Sequence record: NZ_CP024587.1
Length of the DNA: 64,000 nt
Source of the DNA: a plasmid
Direction: 5' to 3' (one strand)
The first letter of the stretch is position 1; each line of letters starts with the position of its first letter. Shown here in pieces: positions 37,241 through 48,567 of this stretch. Made by a program: the position numbers and the translations under genes. The notes below the pieces were generated by a model. It was not told the origin of the DNA and ran no database searches. It worked only from the letters and a program-made list of their open reading frames with translations.

Positions 37241-37349
37241 CCTGAATGTCAACGGACCCTAGTTCCGATACCGTACTTAGCCGCTGCATCTCATCGTGAA
37301 CAGCACGGGGTTGAAGGTGCTGGGCGAAGGGGAGTGGAAGGTCAGTGTA

Positions 37350-37745
37350 GGCGCCGAGAGGACACTGGAGCGGGGTGGTTCTGGGGAGCATGCCGAGACT
37401 GCTGGCGAACCGCAGGGTCTCGCGGGCAAAGTAGCAGCTGCCGTTGTCGCTGAGCCACTCGACGGCATTGGGCGGGCAGTCGACGAGGCCGAACCTGCGC
37501 TCGACGGCCTCGACCATCATGTCCCTGACGCGCTCGGAGGTGATACTGCAACACAGGTGATTGCCCCCCGGTCGCAGCAGTCGAGGGTGAACGCCACCCA
37601 GACCCGCTCGCCGTTGTGCGCCAAGCGATCTCGAAGCCGTCCGAGCACCAGCGAGTGTTGCGGGCATCGACGGCCATACGATCGTCGTGGCGGCGCTCCA
37701 CCCCGCCTGCGTGGCGGGTCAGGAGGAGATTGTGGGCCCTCATGA
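37350..37745 (-). pseudogene. IS3-family transposase orfB remnant (integrase core), frameshifted and truncated, preceded by a 50-bp fragment (37299-37350) of the IS1031-like element
   Basis: ...NTRWCSDGFEIAW... and ...AVEWLSDNGSCYFARETLRFASSLGM... in two frames. Plus-strand LKVLGEGEWKV matches the IS5-family tnp of 20833. Confidence 0.55.
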
Positions 37746-38512
37746 CGCGTCAGACGCGTTTGTGGTTTGGAGGTGGCCACCCCTCCAACTCGGCCCTCTG
37801 CCGCAGCAGGGCATGCATCCGTCGGTAGCCGTAGGTCGGCAGTGGGGAAGTCCAAGCCGCATAACTCTCATCACAGCTTCTCCATCCCGTGACTTTAAGA
37901 TATACAACTCATGCGGGTGCACAATGCTCCTGATTGGGCGGTTGCGGTGGTGAAGGCAGAGTGATGGACCGAGGCGCGGATCCTGGAACGGGCAAGAGGG
38001 ATCTACCGGAAGATCTGGTGGAAAAAGCGGCTAGGATGCTTATCGAGGCGGCAGAGCGCGTCCCCGGAGCCCGCGTGCCTATCATTGCCGCTGAGGAACT
38101 GGCCAGGGAAGCCATTAATGCAGTCAGTCAGGCAGGTTGCCTTCGTATGCCCTATATTCCGGAGCGTGCCTGACATGGCGGGTCGCGATTGCATCGGCCA
38201 TAGCGATGCGGATCCGGCGTCCGTGCTACTGGACTGCCACGAACCCCGGGATCTACTAGACTTCCAGGTCCGCAGCCGGGCCGGGCGCGACGAACTGCTG
38301 ATGATCTGGGACAGCCTGAGCCCGCAAGGACGACGGCCTGTGATCATCGCTGCCCGGCTGACAGCGCACGAGGAAGGGTTGCTGCCGGGTAAGCATTTGC
38401 TGCGCTAGGCCGTGGTGACGAATTACGCGAGCAGGATGGCGATGGCTGCGAGTTGGACGAAGTGAACTGCCCTGGGTTTGTCGGAGGCCCCAGACCTTGA
38501 GAGGATGGAGCC

Positions 38513-39265
38513 ATGACGACGAAGGGCAAGACAGCAGCGAGCTACTCGCCGGAGGTGCGGGAGAGGGCGGTCCGCCTCGTGCTGGAGGGCGGCGGCGACC
38601 ACCCGACGCAATGGGCGGCGATCAACTCGGTGGCCGCCAAGATCGGGTGCACCGCCGAGACGCTGCGCAAGTGGGTGCGCCAGGCCGAACGTGACGCAGG
38701 GGGGGCGGCCCGGGCCGACGAGCGCTGAGCGAGAACGGATCAAGGCCTTGGAGCGCGAGAACCGCGAACTGCGCCAAGCCAATGAGATCCTGCGCAAGGC
38801 ATCGGCGTATTTCGCTCAGGCGGAGTTCGACCGCCGGTTCAGGACATGATTGCCTTCATCGACGATCACCGCGAGGTCTACGGGGTCGAGCCGATCTGCC
38901 GGGTTCTGCCGATTGCCCCGTCCACCTACCACGCGCACGTCGCACAGCGGGCCGACCCTTCCAGGGTGTCAGCACGCAGCGTGCGGGACGCGCAGACCTG
39001 CGCTGCGATCCGGCGCGTGCACGAGGCAAACTTCGGGGTCTATGGCGCCCGCAAGGTCTGGCGGCAGCTTGGACGCGAGGGCATCGCGGTCGCCCGCTGC
39101 ACGATGGAGCGGCTGATGCGGGACATGGGGCTGCGGGGCGTCGTACGCGGCCGGGAGACCAGGACCACCGTCTCGAACCCGGCGACGCCATGCCCGGCGG
39201 ACCTGGTGAAGCGGCAGTTCCGGGCACCGGTGCCGAACGTGCTGTGGGTCTCGGATTTCACATAG
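38513..39265 (+). pseudogene. IS3-family IS, orfA (38513..38728) plus N-terminal part of orfB (38846..39265), truncated at about 39270
   Basis: orfA HTH MTTKGKTAASYSPEVRERAVRLVLEGGGDHPTQWAAINSVAAKIGCTAETLRKWVRQAE. orfB ...NVLWVSDFT then loss of homology before the ISL3 element. Confidence 0.65.
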
Positions 39266-39334
39266 ATACTGTCGGCGAATTGCGGAGCGATACGATCTGG
39301 CGGGTGGTAGGCGGTGCTCTCCTTCGTGGTGTAG

Positions 39335-41111
39335 ACGCCGCCTGAATCGTGGTTCTCCCGCATTTCCCGTGCTGTCGTTTTGTCATGCAGCGTTCAGCAC
39401 GCGGTTGCGGAGCAGATCGAACCCGGCACGGCCATACATGCTCCGCTTGATCAGCTTGAGCCGGTTGATCTGCCCTTCGACGGGGCTCGTGGTCCAGGGC
39501 AAGTCAAGTGCGGCCTGCACGGCATCGATGTCGCGGCACAGGTTGGCGGCATAGGATGCGAGTTCGGTCTTCTCCGCCGCGGCGAGCACCTCCGCGAGCG
39601 TCTCGCCTCCCTTGCGGCGCAGCACCTGGCGCAGCCGTCTTGCGACCGCGATCGCGGCGGCCAATCCGGGCGCTTCGGCCAGCATCCGCGCGGCAAACTG
39701 TCGCTCGGTCTCCTTTAGCGTGTTGCTGTCCGCCATCAGAATGCGCGCGACGCTGCGGCCCGAGGGCACCGGCCATGCCGGTGCCATTCGTGTGGGACGG
39801 GGCGCGGTCGGCGCTGGCTCGGTGCCACGGCGCCGGGTGGTCCAGGCGCGGACGGTGCCGGGCCGCCCAGCGAAACCCTGCGCAACCAGTTCGCGCCAGA
39901 GCTGGGCTGCGTTGCGGCAGCCCTCGGCCCAACGCCGGTCCAGCACGTCTGCAAAGGCCGCGAGGGTGCTGGTGCGCGGCCGCTGCTTCCAGGATGGGGC
40001 GTGCCCGAGGCGGAGCCAGCGGCGGACCGTCTTGCGCTCGGCCCCGAGGCGGGCGGCGATGCGGCTGATCGAAACCCCTTTGGCGCGCAGCCCTGCGGCT
40101 TCCTCGTAGCGCGCCTGCCTGCGGGCCAATGAGGCCTGGCTCGCCCGTGCCGCAGCGTTCGGCGGACGCGGTGGGGCGGGCGGCATCGGCTCGGCTGCAA
40201 TAGCGGCCGCCACCGTGTCCGCGATAAGCCGTCCCGCACGGCGCACGGCAGCAGCGTGCCGGTCGACAAGCGCGGGCACGGCATCACCGAGGTTGCGCAG
40301 CAAATGCCATCGATCCGCGACCTGGACCGCAGCAGGAGCACCCTGCCGGATCCCGTCCGCGTAGGCGCCGGCGCGATCACGCGCGACAACTTCGACGCCA
40401 GGATGGCGGCGCAGCCAGGTCGCGAGTGTTTCAGCTTGGCGATCGCGCAGCAGATCGACCACGGCGTTGCGCTCCAGGTCGACCAGCATCGTGCCGTAGC
40501 GGTGCCCCCGACGCCAGGACCAGTCATCCACACCGAGCACGCGCGGGGCTGGTAGTGGGTCATCGCGGCACGCAGCCGCACGCACAACACGCAGCAGCGT
40601 ATCGGCGCTGGTCGGCATGGCGAGCCTGTACGCCAGCCGCGCCCCGGCCTCTCCGCCGAGCGCGAGGCCGAGGCAGCGCTGCACCCCGCCCAGCCGTTCG
40701 GTCCGGCGCGCCGCAGCCGGTGCCACCTCGGCCAGGCGCTCGGCGAAGGTCTGGCGGGCGCAGGCCGAGTTGAGGCAGCGAAATCGCCGCGCGTGGACCG
40801 CCAGTGTCACCGGACGACCCTGCCAAGGCAGGTCGGCAAGGGTTCGACCGTAGCGGCTGTGCACGCGCCGCGAAGCCACGCCGCAGTCGGGACAGGCAGC
40901 GGCGTTCTGGCGCGGGCTCGCCTTGATGGTGATGTGCTCAGAGGTGGGCAGGACCTGCTGAACCAACAGTCCCGCCGGGATCAGGGGCAGGAGGCGCTTG
41001 GGCAAGGGAGACTTTCAAAGGAGGGCAGTGTTCCTCCTATGTGCTCATCCCGACCCAGAACGCCTACCCAGCAGCACGGGAAATGCGGGAGAACCACGAT
41101 TCAGGCGGCGT
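39335..41111 (-). mobile_element. ISL3-family insertion sequence, copy 1 (about 1777 bp), tnp 39383..41005 (540 aa)
   Basis: Terminal IRs acgccgcctgaatcgtggttctcccgcatttcccgtgctg (perfect). Transposase with zf-ISL3-like N-terminus (CPDCG...RFRC..C) and DDE domain. Identical to copy 2. Confidence 0.8.
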
Positions 41112-41704
41112 TGACATCGATGTCCGGGCGGACGGGTACGTGCCGGCGAAGGTGGCGGCGCGGCACCTTGGCATCACCTTGGGCGCCATTCGCGTCTGGG
41201 CTCATCGTGGCGTCCTCGCCTGCGATCAGAGCAGCCAAGCATCCAAGCTCTGGATCAGGCTCGATCCCGGCGACCTCGAGCGGCTCGGCGGACAGGCGGA
41301 CACCACCGGGATGGAACGGGCGCGCGACATCGCCGAACGGAGCGGCAGTTCGATTGCCGCGGTCTGGGAGCGCGTCCGTCGAAAGGAGTTCTCAGCCTAC
41401 CGGATCCAGAGAGGCCACAACCAGTGGGATTGGCAGCTCTCTGCCCAGATGCCAGCCTCGGCCCCACCACCCAGCCGCCATTCGTCCTCAGCAGAAAGAA
41501 CCACAGCACAATGAACACGTCTCGGACGATGGTGGCGCACGCTGGGCCGCCATCGCATCGCTCGTGGAAACCTGCAAGCTGAACGGCGTCGACCCGCAGC
41601 GCTACATCACCGACATGCTGACCCGCCTCGTCAACGGCTGGAGCGTCGACATGAGAGAGCCGGGAAGAGCAGTCATGGCCAGGATCCTTCTTCGCGAGGG
41701 ATGA
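41101..41704 (+). pseudogene. Mosaic remnant: MerR/excisionase-like HTH fragment (about 41112-41440) followed by an IS66-family transposase C-terminal fragment (about 41520-41704)
   Basis: ...VPAKVAARHLGITLGAIRVWAHRGVL... and ...ARWAAIASLVETCKLNGVDPQRYITDMLTRLVNGW (IS66 TnpC C-terminal signature). Confidence 0.45.
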
Positions 41705-41967
41705 ATCCTCCATTTCAACTGATCCCTGGCCTCCCAGCCATCACTGTCGTGTAGTGTGGCCGACTACCTCGCCCTGCTCCACTTCGCCCGCGGCTTCATT
41801 ACCGGGCAACCTGCCCTACCGGGGTAGGCTCTAAACAGGTCAGTCTCTGATGCCGTTGGTATGAGCCTAAGCGACCTCTGAACAGGCAGTCCGGTCTTTA
41901 TCCAGGCTGGCCAGTCCGGCAGGTCGGGACGGCAGCACCGCCATCCTTCGTGGCTTGGGCGGACCGG

Positions 41968-43089
41968 CTATTGCAGAGCCAGAATCTTCGCCACACCAAG
42001 ACGCATGGCGATCCATCTTAGCAAGAGAGGCCCGATCAGCCCGATTGCCGTCAGCAGCAGGAGCAAGGACAACAGGTCGATAGGCCCAAACAACTTCCAG
42101 AGGACGATCCGCGTGCCCGCGACGAAAATGACATGGGCCAGGAAGATGGGCATCGAGTTGCGCCCCATATAGGCCAACCCGGCCGCGAGCGGCCCCTTGA
42201 GACCCATCGCCAGGCCGATCGTCACCGCGGTGCCCAGGACCGCCATGGGAAGAACTTCGAGTTCCCAGGCCGCGCCTGCGACGCTTCCGGCCGAGGGACG
42301 CGGATCCTGCTGGAACAGCGGCAGCAGATCTACACGGATGGAAAACGACAGCGCCAGAAGCAGGACCCCTACTCCCACCGCAGCCATCCAGGGGCGTGGC
42401 TTCCTCAGCTGTGTCAGGCGAGGTGCATTCAGCACAAGGCCGAAGCCATAGAATACTCCGAAGAGCAGGGTCTGGCCCAGGATGCCTTCGATAGGCAGCG
42501 TCTGCGCGAGGATCCGGCCGACCACCATCATGGCGACGAAACCCCAGGCACCAATGCTGGGTAGCAGCATGGCGAGAAGATGCAGGATCGCCAGGGAGTA
42601 CAGGAACCAGAACTGCGACACCGCGTGCCAGGGCAGGCTGAGGATTGTCGTCCAGTAATCGTTAACAGGCGCATTCACGAGCGAACCCGCCAGATAGATC
42701 ACCGTCAGCTGAAGGATGGACCAGATGACGTAGGGGTAGACGATCCTCTCCACGATCGAGCGAGCGAAAGCCGGTCTCCCCTTCATGATCCGCGCCGGCA
42801 CCAGCACGGCGGAGAGGAGGAAGAACAAGGGCATGTGGAAGGTGTAGATGGCGAACATCAACATGTGCAGCCAGGATAGCTGCGGTTCGTTCATGTCGAT
42901 CAGGCCACCGGCGGCATGCCCGAGGACCACCAGCACGATACCCAACCCTTTTGCAGTATCGAGCCAAGTGAGCCGCTTCGCCCGAACGCCGCTGTTCTGC
43001 GCGTGATCCTGCTTGGGCGCGGCCGTGCCACGATCCAGCAAGGCGATGGCATCGGCCGGCAGCGCCGTACTCACAAGTTTTGGTGTCAC
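41968..43089 (-). CDS. Acyltransferase family 3 (OafA/ExoZ-like polysaccharide O-acyltransferase)
   Basis: 10-TM protein, RLTWLDTAKGLGIVLVVLGHA start typical of Acyl_transf_3. Confidence 0.7.
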   Translation of the reverse strand: MTPKLVSTALPADAIALLDRGTAAPKQDHAQNSGVRAKRLTWLDTAKGLGIVLVVLGHAAGGLIDMNEPQLSWLHMLMFAIYTFHMPLFFLLSAVLVPARIMKGRPAFARSIVERIVYPYVIWSILQLTVIYLAGSLVNAPVNDYWTTILSLPWHAVSQFWFLYSLAILHLLAMLLPSIGAWGFVAMMVVGRILAQTLPIEGILGQTLLFGVFYGFGLVLNAPRLTQLRKPRPWMAAVGVGVLLLALSFSIRVDLLPLFQQDPRPSAGSVAGAAWELEVLPMAVLGTAVTIGLAMGLKGPLAAGLAYMGRNSMPIFLAHVIFVAGTRIVLWKLFGPIDLLSLLLLLTAIGLIGPLLLRWIAMRLGVAKILALQ

Positions 43090-43345
43090 GCCGGGAACTC
43101 CGGAAGAATGGTCACCATGGCGGCAAGGTTCGCAACGATGGAACCTCGCCTGCGATGGGAAAAGGTGGAAATGGCAGTTCTGATGACGAAGGCGGGACGG
43201 GCATGGAGTGGCCTCTCCCGACAGAACGGGTTCAGCAACACGCAGTCATCACCATCGTTTCTGTAATCAGGGCGCGGAGGCCGACCAGGAAAACAATGCT
43301 TCCCCATGATCCGCTGACGCGGTCCTCGATGCGAATTCCGCCTTC

Positions 43346-44731
43346 TCATCGTGACCGGATCAGGAGCAGGACGGGCGAATCCGCGACACTGACCCGGATC
43401 TTGTCCACCTGCGGCAGTGTCTGGGAGGGTTCGGGCCCGGCAAGTGGCTCATAGACGGTGATGTCCGCCGGGGCGGCAAGGCGGAGCGAAGTCTCCGCCC
43501 CGGGCGTTTCGAGAGACTTGACAGCTTCGGGGTCCCAGACCCGGGGCTCGCGCCAGAGAGCCAGGATGAAGCCCTTGTTCGACTTCTGCATCAGAAGGCT
43601 GCGCATCCCGGGTGCGCCGGCGACGGAATAGGCCAGGGACGCGGGCGCGAAGCTCGCGGCGGCGCTGCCCATGTCCCGCATGACGGCACGGAGATTGCTG
43701 AAGACACGGGCTGCCAGCTTCGGTTTGTCGTCATTCTGGAACATACCGAAACGGCCATCCGGCTCGGTCGCAGGCCAGTCGCGCAGCGAGAAGAACAGGA
43801 TCTGTCCAGCGCCGAGTTGTACGGCCGAAAGATATGCATTCAGCAGCAGCTTCGCCTGGGTCCGCTCGTCGACTCCCATCCATTGGGTCCCGGGTGCCCG
43901 CTGGCCGGGCAGCGTGTACCAGCCCATCTCGGTGATGACGAAGGGCTTGTGCGGATCGACAGCCTCCTGACGGCCGATCGTGGCCTGGATCTCTTCCGTC
44001 GCCTGGTCTCCGTTGTTCGGATAGACATGCAGGTTGTTGAGGTCGCTGTCCGCGGCGACAAAGGGATAGGAGGATAGTCCCGCAACAGGGAGATGAGCTG
44101 TCGCCTTGTTGGCTTTCATGGCCGCGTAGAAGTCTTTCTGCCATGCCTGGGCGCCAGGAATGCCACTCAGCCCCGCATGGTCGACTCCCCAGTTGTTCGG
44201 CTCGTTCGGCCCTTCCACCAGAGCGATCGAGCCGGGAAAGCGCTTCTCGATCCGGGCGACGGCCGCCACGTTCTCATCGGGACTGTCGCCTGGATTGGCG
44301 ATGAGGCTCAACCGGAAGCCGGCCAGGACGAGTTGATCGACCGCGCCCGTCGCGGTGACGCGGTTGCCCTGTGTCGGGTTGAGAATCCGCAGAGTTCCCG
44401 CGCCGATCAGGTGCGCCTGCGAGATCATGGTCGAGATCGTGGACCAGTTTCCCTGGTGCAGGTCGGGCTGCACGCCGAGCCGCGCCGTGACATCGGCCGC
44501 TCGCACCGCCTGCACCATCTGGACACGGGCCCCGGCGTCCTGCTCTCCGTTGCTGTTCCCGGGCGTGGATGCAGATGAGGTCGCCGGGTCAACACCCGGG
44601 CGCGACGGCGGCGCCGCGATGGCACGGGCGACGAACGAAATGTGAAGCCCATCCGGGCAGCCGGGCTGGAAGACGGAAATCAGCGAAGCGATCGCCGCGG
44701 CCATCATGGCCCCGGAGCGGGGCCGCCGCAT
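43346..44731 (-). CDS. Secreted glycoside hydrolase, GH5-like (clan GH-A)
   Basis: Signal peptide MRRPRSGAMMAAAIASLISVF. Catalytic motifs EGPNEPNNWG (acid/base NEP) and FVITEMGWYT (nucleophile) about 95 aa apart. Confidence 0.55.
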   Translation of the reverse strand: MRRPRSGAMMAAAIASLISVFQPGCPDGLHISFVARAIAAPPSRPGVDPATSSASTPGNSNGEQDAGARVQMVQAVRAADVTARLGVQPDLHQGNWSTISTMISQAHLIGAGTLRILNPTQGNRVTATGAVDQLVLAGFRLSLIANPGDSPDENVAAVARIEKRFPGSIALVEGPNEPNNWGVDHAGLSGIPGAQAWQKDFYAAMKANKATAHLPVAGLSSYPFVAADSDLNNLHVYPNNGDQATEEIQATIGRQEAVDPHKPFVITEMGWYTLPGQRAPGTQWMGVDERTQAKLLLNAYLSAVQLGAGQILFFSLRDWPATEPDGRFGMFQNDDKPKLAARVFSNLRAVMRDMGSAAASFAPASLAYSVAGAPGMRSLLMQKSNKGFILALWREPRVWDPEAVKSLETPGAETSLRLAAPADITVYEPLAGPEPSQTLPQVDKIRVSVADSPVLLLIRSR

Positions 44732-44796
44732 GGTCCGAGCCTTGCCGGCGGTAGAGGCTTCCGGCGTGTCCGGCTGCCCGGTTCCTTGATATCCCG

Positions 44797-46216
44797 TCAT
44801 CGCAGGAAGCTCGCCGCCATCGGTATAGGCATCAGGTTCGTCCTGCGCGATCGCAGGGTGATCCGGGCAGCGGTGCCGACCACGATTCCCAGTTGCAGGA
44901 AAAAGCCCACCGACACAATCATCGGTGCCGACAGGACCGCCGCGGCGAGCTGCCCGATAAGGGCAGCCCGGAAACCATCAATGGCGGCCTGGCCAGGATG
45001 CTCCGGCACCACCCGCGCCGCTCTTCCGGACAGTCCGTAGATGTTCATGGCCAGCCAAATCAGGCAGAAAAGCCCGGGCACGCCACCATTGGCGAGCAGG
45101 CCCGGGATCAGGCTGGAGGAGCGGAAGCTGCCCCAGCCAACGCCGAGACCGAAAGTGCTGACCGTGGCCTGCACCGCATCAAGATCCCAGCTGGTGCGCT
45201 CGGCATAGGATTCGCCATCCTGCTTCGACATGGTGATCTCGGCGATCTTGTCGACGGCGTCGATGATCTCCGGCTTCAGGATCAGGAGGGGCGTCAGCAG
45301 GAGCAGGCTGCCCACGACCAGCGTGGCCAGGGTCCTGGTCGTACGCTGCAAACCCTCCCCGCCCCCGGTGACGGCGGCATAGCAGAGCGTCAGCGGCATA
45401 CCGGCCACCACTGTCACGATGCCGGTGGTGGACGTCGAAAGCAGGATCGTCAGCGTGGAGGTGATCAGAGAGACCTGTGGCCACATGACCCGGTGACCGC
45501 GGACGCAGAGCCAGAGACTGCAGAAGGCCACACCGGACATGTAGACCGCGAGGGCCGCGGGCTCGGCGAACGGGCCGCTGATCCGCGGGATGGAACCGAA
45601 GTTCTGCTCGACGATGGCGAAGCCGGTGTTGGAGTGGAAGAAGCTCGTCGGGAAGGGAACCCCCGCGACCCGTGAAGCGAACTGCCAGAGGCTGATCGCG
45701 AAGATCAGGTAGCCCCCCACCATATAGGCCTTGAGGAAGAGCTGGTAGTTCAGGTCGCGCCGCGTGACGTAGAGGGCGGTGGTCACGGCGGCGGCAACGT
45801 TGAGCAGCAGGTACATGGTCTGCGTGATATTGCCCGCGCTCGCCCGCAGCGGGGTCGCGAGGTAGAGCACCGCGTCCTTAGTGGGCTGTGGCCAGACGAT
45901 CACCTTGCCCTCGAAAGCATTCGGCAGCAGCAGCGCCGATCCCACCGCATAGGCTGCGAAGGCCAGAAGCGGCAGCAGTGCCCAAAGCACCACCGACTCA
46001 CCGGGATAGCGCATGCCCAGGGCATATTGCATGACTACGAAGCCCATGATCAGCAGGGCCGGAAGAGTGGCGGTCGGCAGGCCGAAGCCACCGATGAGAA
46101 GGGCTGCGCCACCCTCGAAGATGGCAGCGATCAGGGCGATCACCAGCAGCTTGTTCGGTTGCTGCCAGTAGATGAGGCAGAGCGGGATCAGGATCAGGCC
46201 GAGTTGCGTCGGTTGC
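44797..46216 (-). CDS. wzy: Wzy-type polysaccharide polymerase / O-antigen ligase family membrane protein
   Basis: About 11 TM helices with a large periplasmic loop. Start MQPTQLGLILIPLCLIYW at 46216 verified on the reverse strand. Upstream ORF extension rejected. Confidence 0.6.
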
Positions 46217-46226
46217 ATGGGGCGCC

Positions 46227-47474
46227 TCAGGGCAGTCCAAAGCGACGGGCCAGGCTCGAACGGCGCGCCGCCGCGGCCATGGCCGCACGATAGGCAGGAT
46301 CGTCCGCGAGGCGGCGCAGGGCCTGCGCCGCGGCCTCGATCCGCGGCTCCGCCCAATGGCTGCCGGCGCCATAGACCCCCGCGCCGTCGGCCACCGGTAC
46401 GAGCTCGTAGGGCACCAGGATGCTGTTCGAGGCATCCATGAATTCCAGATTCCCCGACCATCCGGTCGCCACGACCGGCAGGCCTTGCATCATGGCCTCC
46501 GCCATCGGCAGGCCGAAGCCCTCGGCGCGGTGGAGGGACAGGAACGCATCAGCGGAGCGATAGAGCGCCTGCAACCGGTCCTGGTCCAGATAGGCCTGCA
46601 CGACCTCGATGTTCGGCGCCTTGCCGATCTCGCGGCAGAGCGCCTCCATCTCTTCCGCGCGGCCGTTGAGCTTCACCACGAGGTTGGCGCGGTTCGAATC
46701 GGCGAAGGCAGCACGGAAGGCCTTCACCGCGGCGATCGGGTTCTTGCGCTCATAGCTCGAGCGGCTGTCGGCCATGGCGAGCACGGTGAAGGGACGGTCC
46801 GGGCCCGGCGTCCCACCCGACGTCTCGGGCATGGCGGGTACGGGCAGGTGGTGCGGCACGACATGGATCGGCAGCGTGAAACGACGCCGCAGGCTGTCCC
46901 GCGCGAAGCCGCTCGGCGTCCAGATCTCATGGATCAATCCCCGGGGATCCTGCCAATCGTCGGGAGGATCGGGGAGTTCCCAGGCCCAGTAGCCGATGCG
47001 CCAGGCCTTCGCCGCGCCGCGCAGGCAGCCCAGGATGAGGTTGGCGGTCTGCGGCCCGCCACTATGGAAGACATAGGCGCTGCCCGGCTGATGCGCGATC
47101 CGGGCCAGGGGGTTGCGCAGCGCGGGCGAAGCGTCGATCAGCTCGGCCTCCACCCCGATCTGCCGCAGCGCCTCGAACTGCAGCCGGGCACCCTCCGTGA
47201 TACCGTTGGCACGCTGCAGCGCCGCCACGACGCAGACACGCCTGAAGCTGCGCTCCGCCTGACTGGAGACGAGATACCGGGCCAGCATCTGCGAACCCAG
47301 CAGGTAGTTCCGGGTGAGCTGCCGTTTCAGCAGGCCGCGCAGGGCATGTCGCGAGGCACCGAGCCGGCCTGCCTGCGGGCGCGGTGCCTCCTGAACGCGG
47401 CGCTGCGCCTCGGGCTGGCCGAGGGGGACCGCCCCATCCTCCAGGCGGCCGGCATAGGCGGGTCCCTGCGACAT
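46227..47474 (-). CDS. Glycosyltransferase family 4 (GT1 fold)
   Basis: ...HRAEGFGLPMAEAMMQGLPVVATGWSG... E-x7-E region. Confidence 0.75.
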   Translation of the reverse strand: MSQGPAYAGRLEDGAVPLGQPEAQRRVQEAPRPQAGRLGASRHALRGLLKRQLTRNYLLGSQMLARYLVSSQAERSFRRVCVVAALQRANGITEGARLQFEALRQIGVEAELIDASPALRNPLARIAHQPGSAYVFHSGGPQTANLILGCLRGAAKAWRIGYWAWELPDPPDDWQDPRGLIHEIWTPSGFARDSLRRRFTLPIHVVPHHLPVPAMPETSGGTPGPDRPFTVLAMADSRSSYERKNPIAAVKAFRAAFADSNRANLVVKLNGRAEEMEALCREIGKAPNIEVVQAYLDQDRLQALYRSADAFLSLHRAEGFGLPMAEAMMQGLPVVATGWSGNLEFMDASNSILVPYELVPVADGAGVYGAGSHWAEPRIEAAAQALRRLADDPAYRAAMAAAARRSSLARRFGLP

Positions 47475-48385
47475 CAGACCTTCGACTTCGACAGTTGCAG
47501 CGCCCGTTCCGGCGCAAGCCGTCCGAGCAGCAGGTCGCGGAAGGCAATCATATTGCCTTTCAGCCGACCGCGGCGGTCCACATAGGCTTCGGGGCGCAAG
47601 GAGCGATAGAGGTTCGCGATCAGGTTGCGCGAAATGCGCGTCGCGGCATAGCGCCAGGGGTAGAATCGGGCACCCTGGTAGGTCTTCCGCGCCAGATAGA
47701 TCGGATTCGCCACCTGGGAGTAGCCGAAGGCCTGTCCGGGCGTCCGGCCCATCTTCGTGCCGAGATGCACGCCCTTCGCGCCCTTCAGCCGCAGCACATC
47801 GCCGAACATCGCCATGCGGCGGGAGAGGTCGACATCCTCCTGCCAGGAATACATCGGCAACCCGGCATCGAAGCGGAGCCGGTGGCGGCGCAGGGTCTCC
47901 CCACGCACCGCCATGTTGCAGCCATAACCGGAGAAGACCGGAACCACCGTGTCGCGGCCGGGCTCGGGCGGAATGGCTTCCAGCATGGCGGCACCCTGCT
48001 CGAAGCCCAAGCCCGAGCTGTTGATCCCATCGGCGACGACATGGCCGGTGGCCACCATCAGCTCCGGCCGGAGCAGGAAGGCACGCTCCGCCACCTCCAG
48101 CCAGTCATGAGCCGGAATGAAGTCGTCGTCGAAGAACACATAGATATCGGCATCGAGATTCGAGTCGATGATGGTGTTGCGCTGGAAGCTTGCGCCCGGC
48201 GTGCTCAACAGCACCTCAACCTCAAGCTGCAGTGAGGGCAGGTTTTTCACATCTTCTGGTTGAGAACCACAAACAACGATACGATCCGGCAAGCGTGTCT
48301 GCTGGAGGTAGCGCACCAGAGTCTGTTGCAGAAGTAGTGCCCTGCCTTTGGTCGCGATGCCGACCACGATCCTCGGCTTTTCCAT
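47474..48385 (-). CDS. Glycosyltransferase family 2
   Basis: N-terminal GT-A fold, VVGIATKGR..., DxD at FFDDDF. Confidence 0.75.
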   Translation of the reverse strand: MEKPRIVVGIATKGRALLLQQTLVRYLQQTRLPDRIVVCGSQPEDVKNLPSLQLEVEVLLSTPGASFQRNTIIDSNLDADIYVFFDDDFIPAHDWLEVAERAFLLRPELMVATGHVVADGINSSGLGFEQGAAMLEAIPPEPGRDTVVPVFSGYGCNMAVRGETLRRHRLRFDAGLPMYSWQEDVDLSRRMAMFGDVLRLKGAKGVHLGTKMGRTPGQAFGYSQVANPIYLARKTYQGARFYPWRYAATRISRNLIANLYRSLRPEAYVDRRGRLKGNMIAFRDLLLGRLAPERALQLSKSKV

Positions 48386-48567
48386 GGGGCCCTTCTATCA
48401 GCAAAACATGTCTAATGTTGGATTATAAGTGACAAATGAGATGAGCGCCGGTAGGTTGCGAAAATATGCTGCGCTGCACAGGTTTAGGGCAAGTGTATTT
48501 TTTGGTTTTTCCCGCTTTTTTGCTCCGGTCCGACGTCTATCGATCCTTGTCGTATATTAGGTAACTT
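48386..48567. promoter_or_regulatory. AT-rich divergent promoter region of the two EPS operons
   Basis: GC falls to about 40% (…tgttggattataagtgacaaatgagatgag… / …tcgtatattaggtaacttttgattgattcg…) between divergently transcribed GT genes. Confidence 0.4.
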
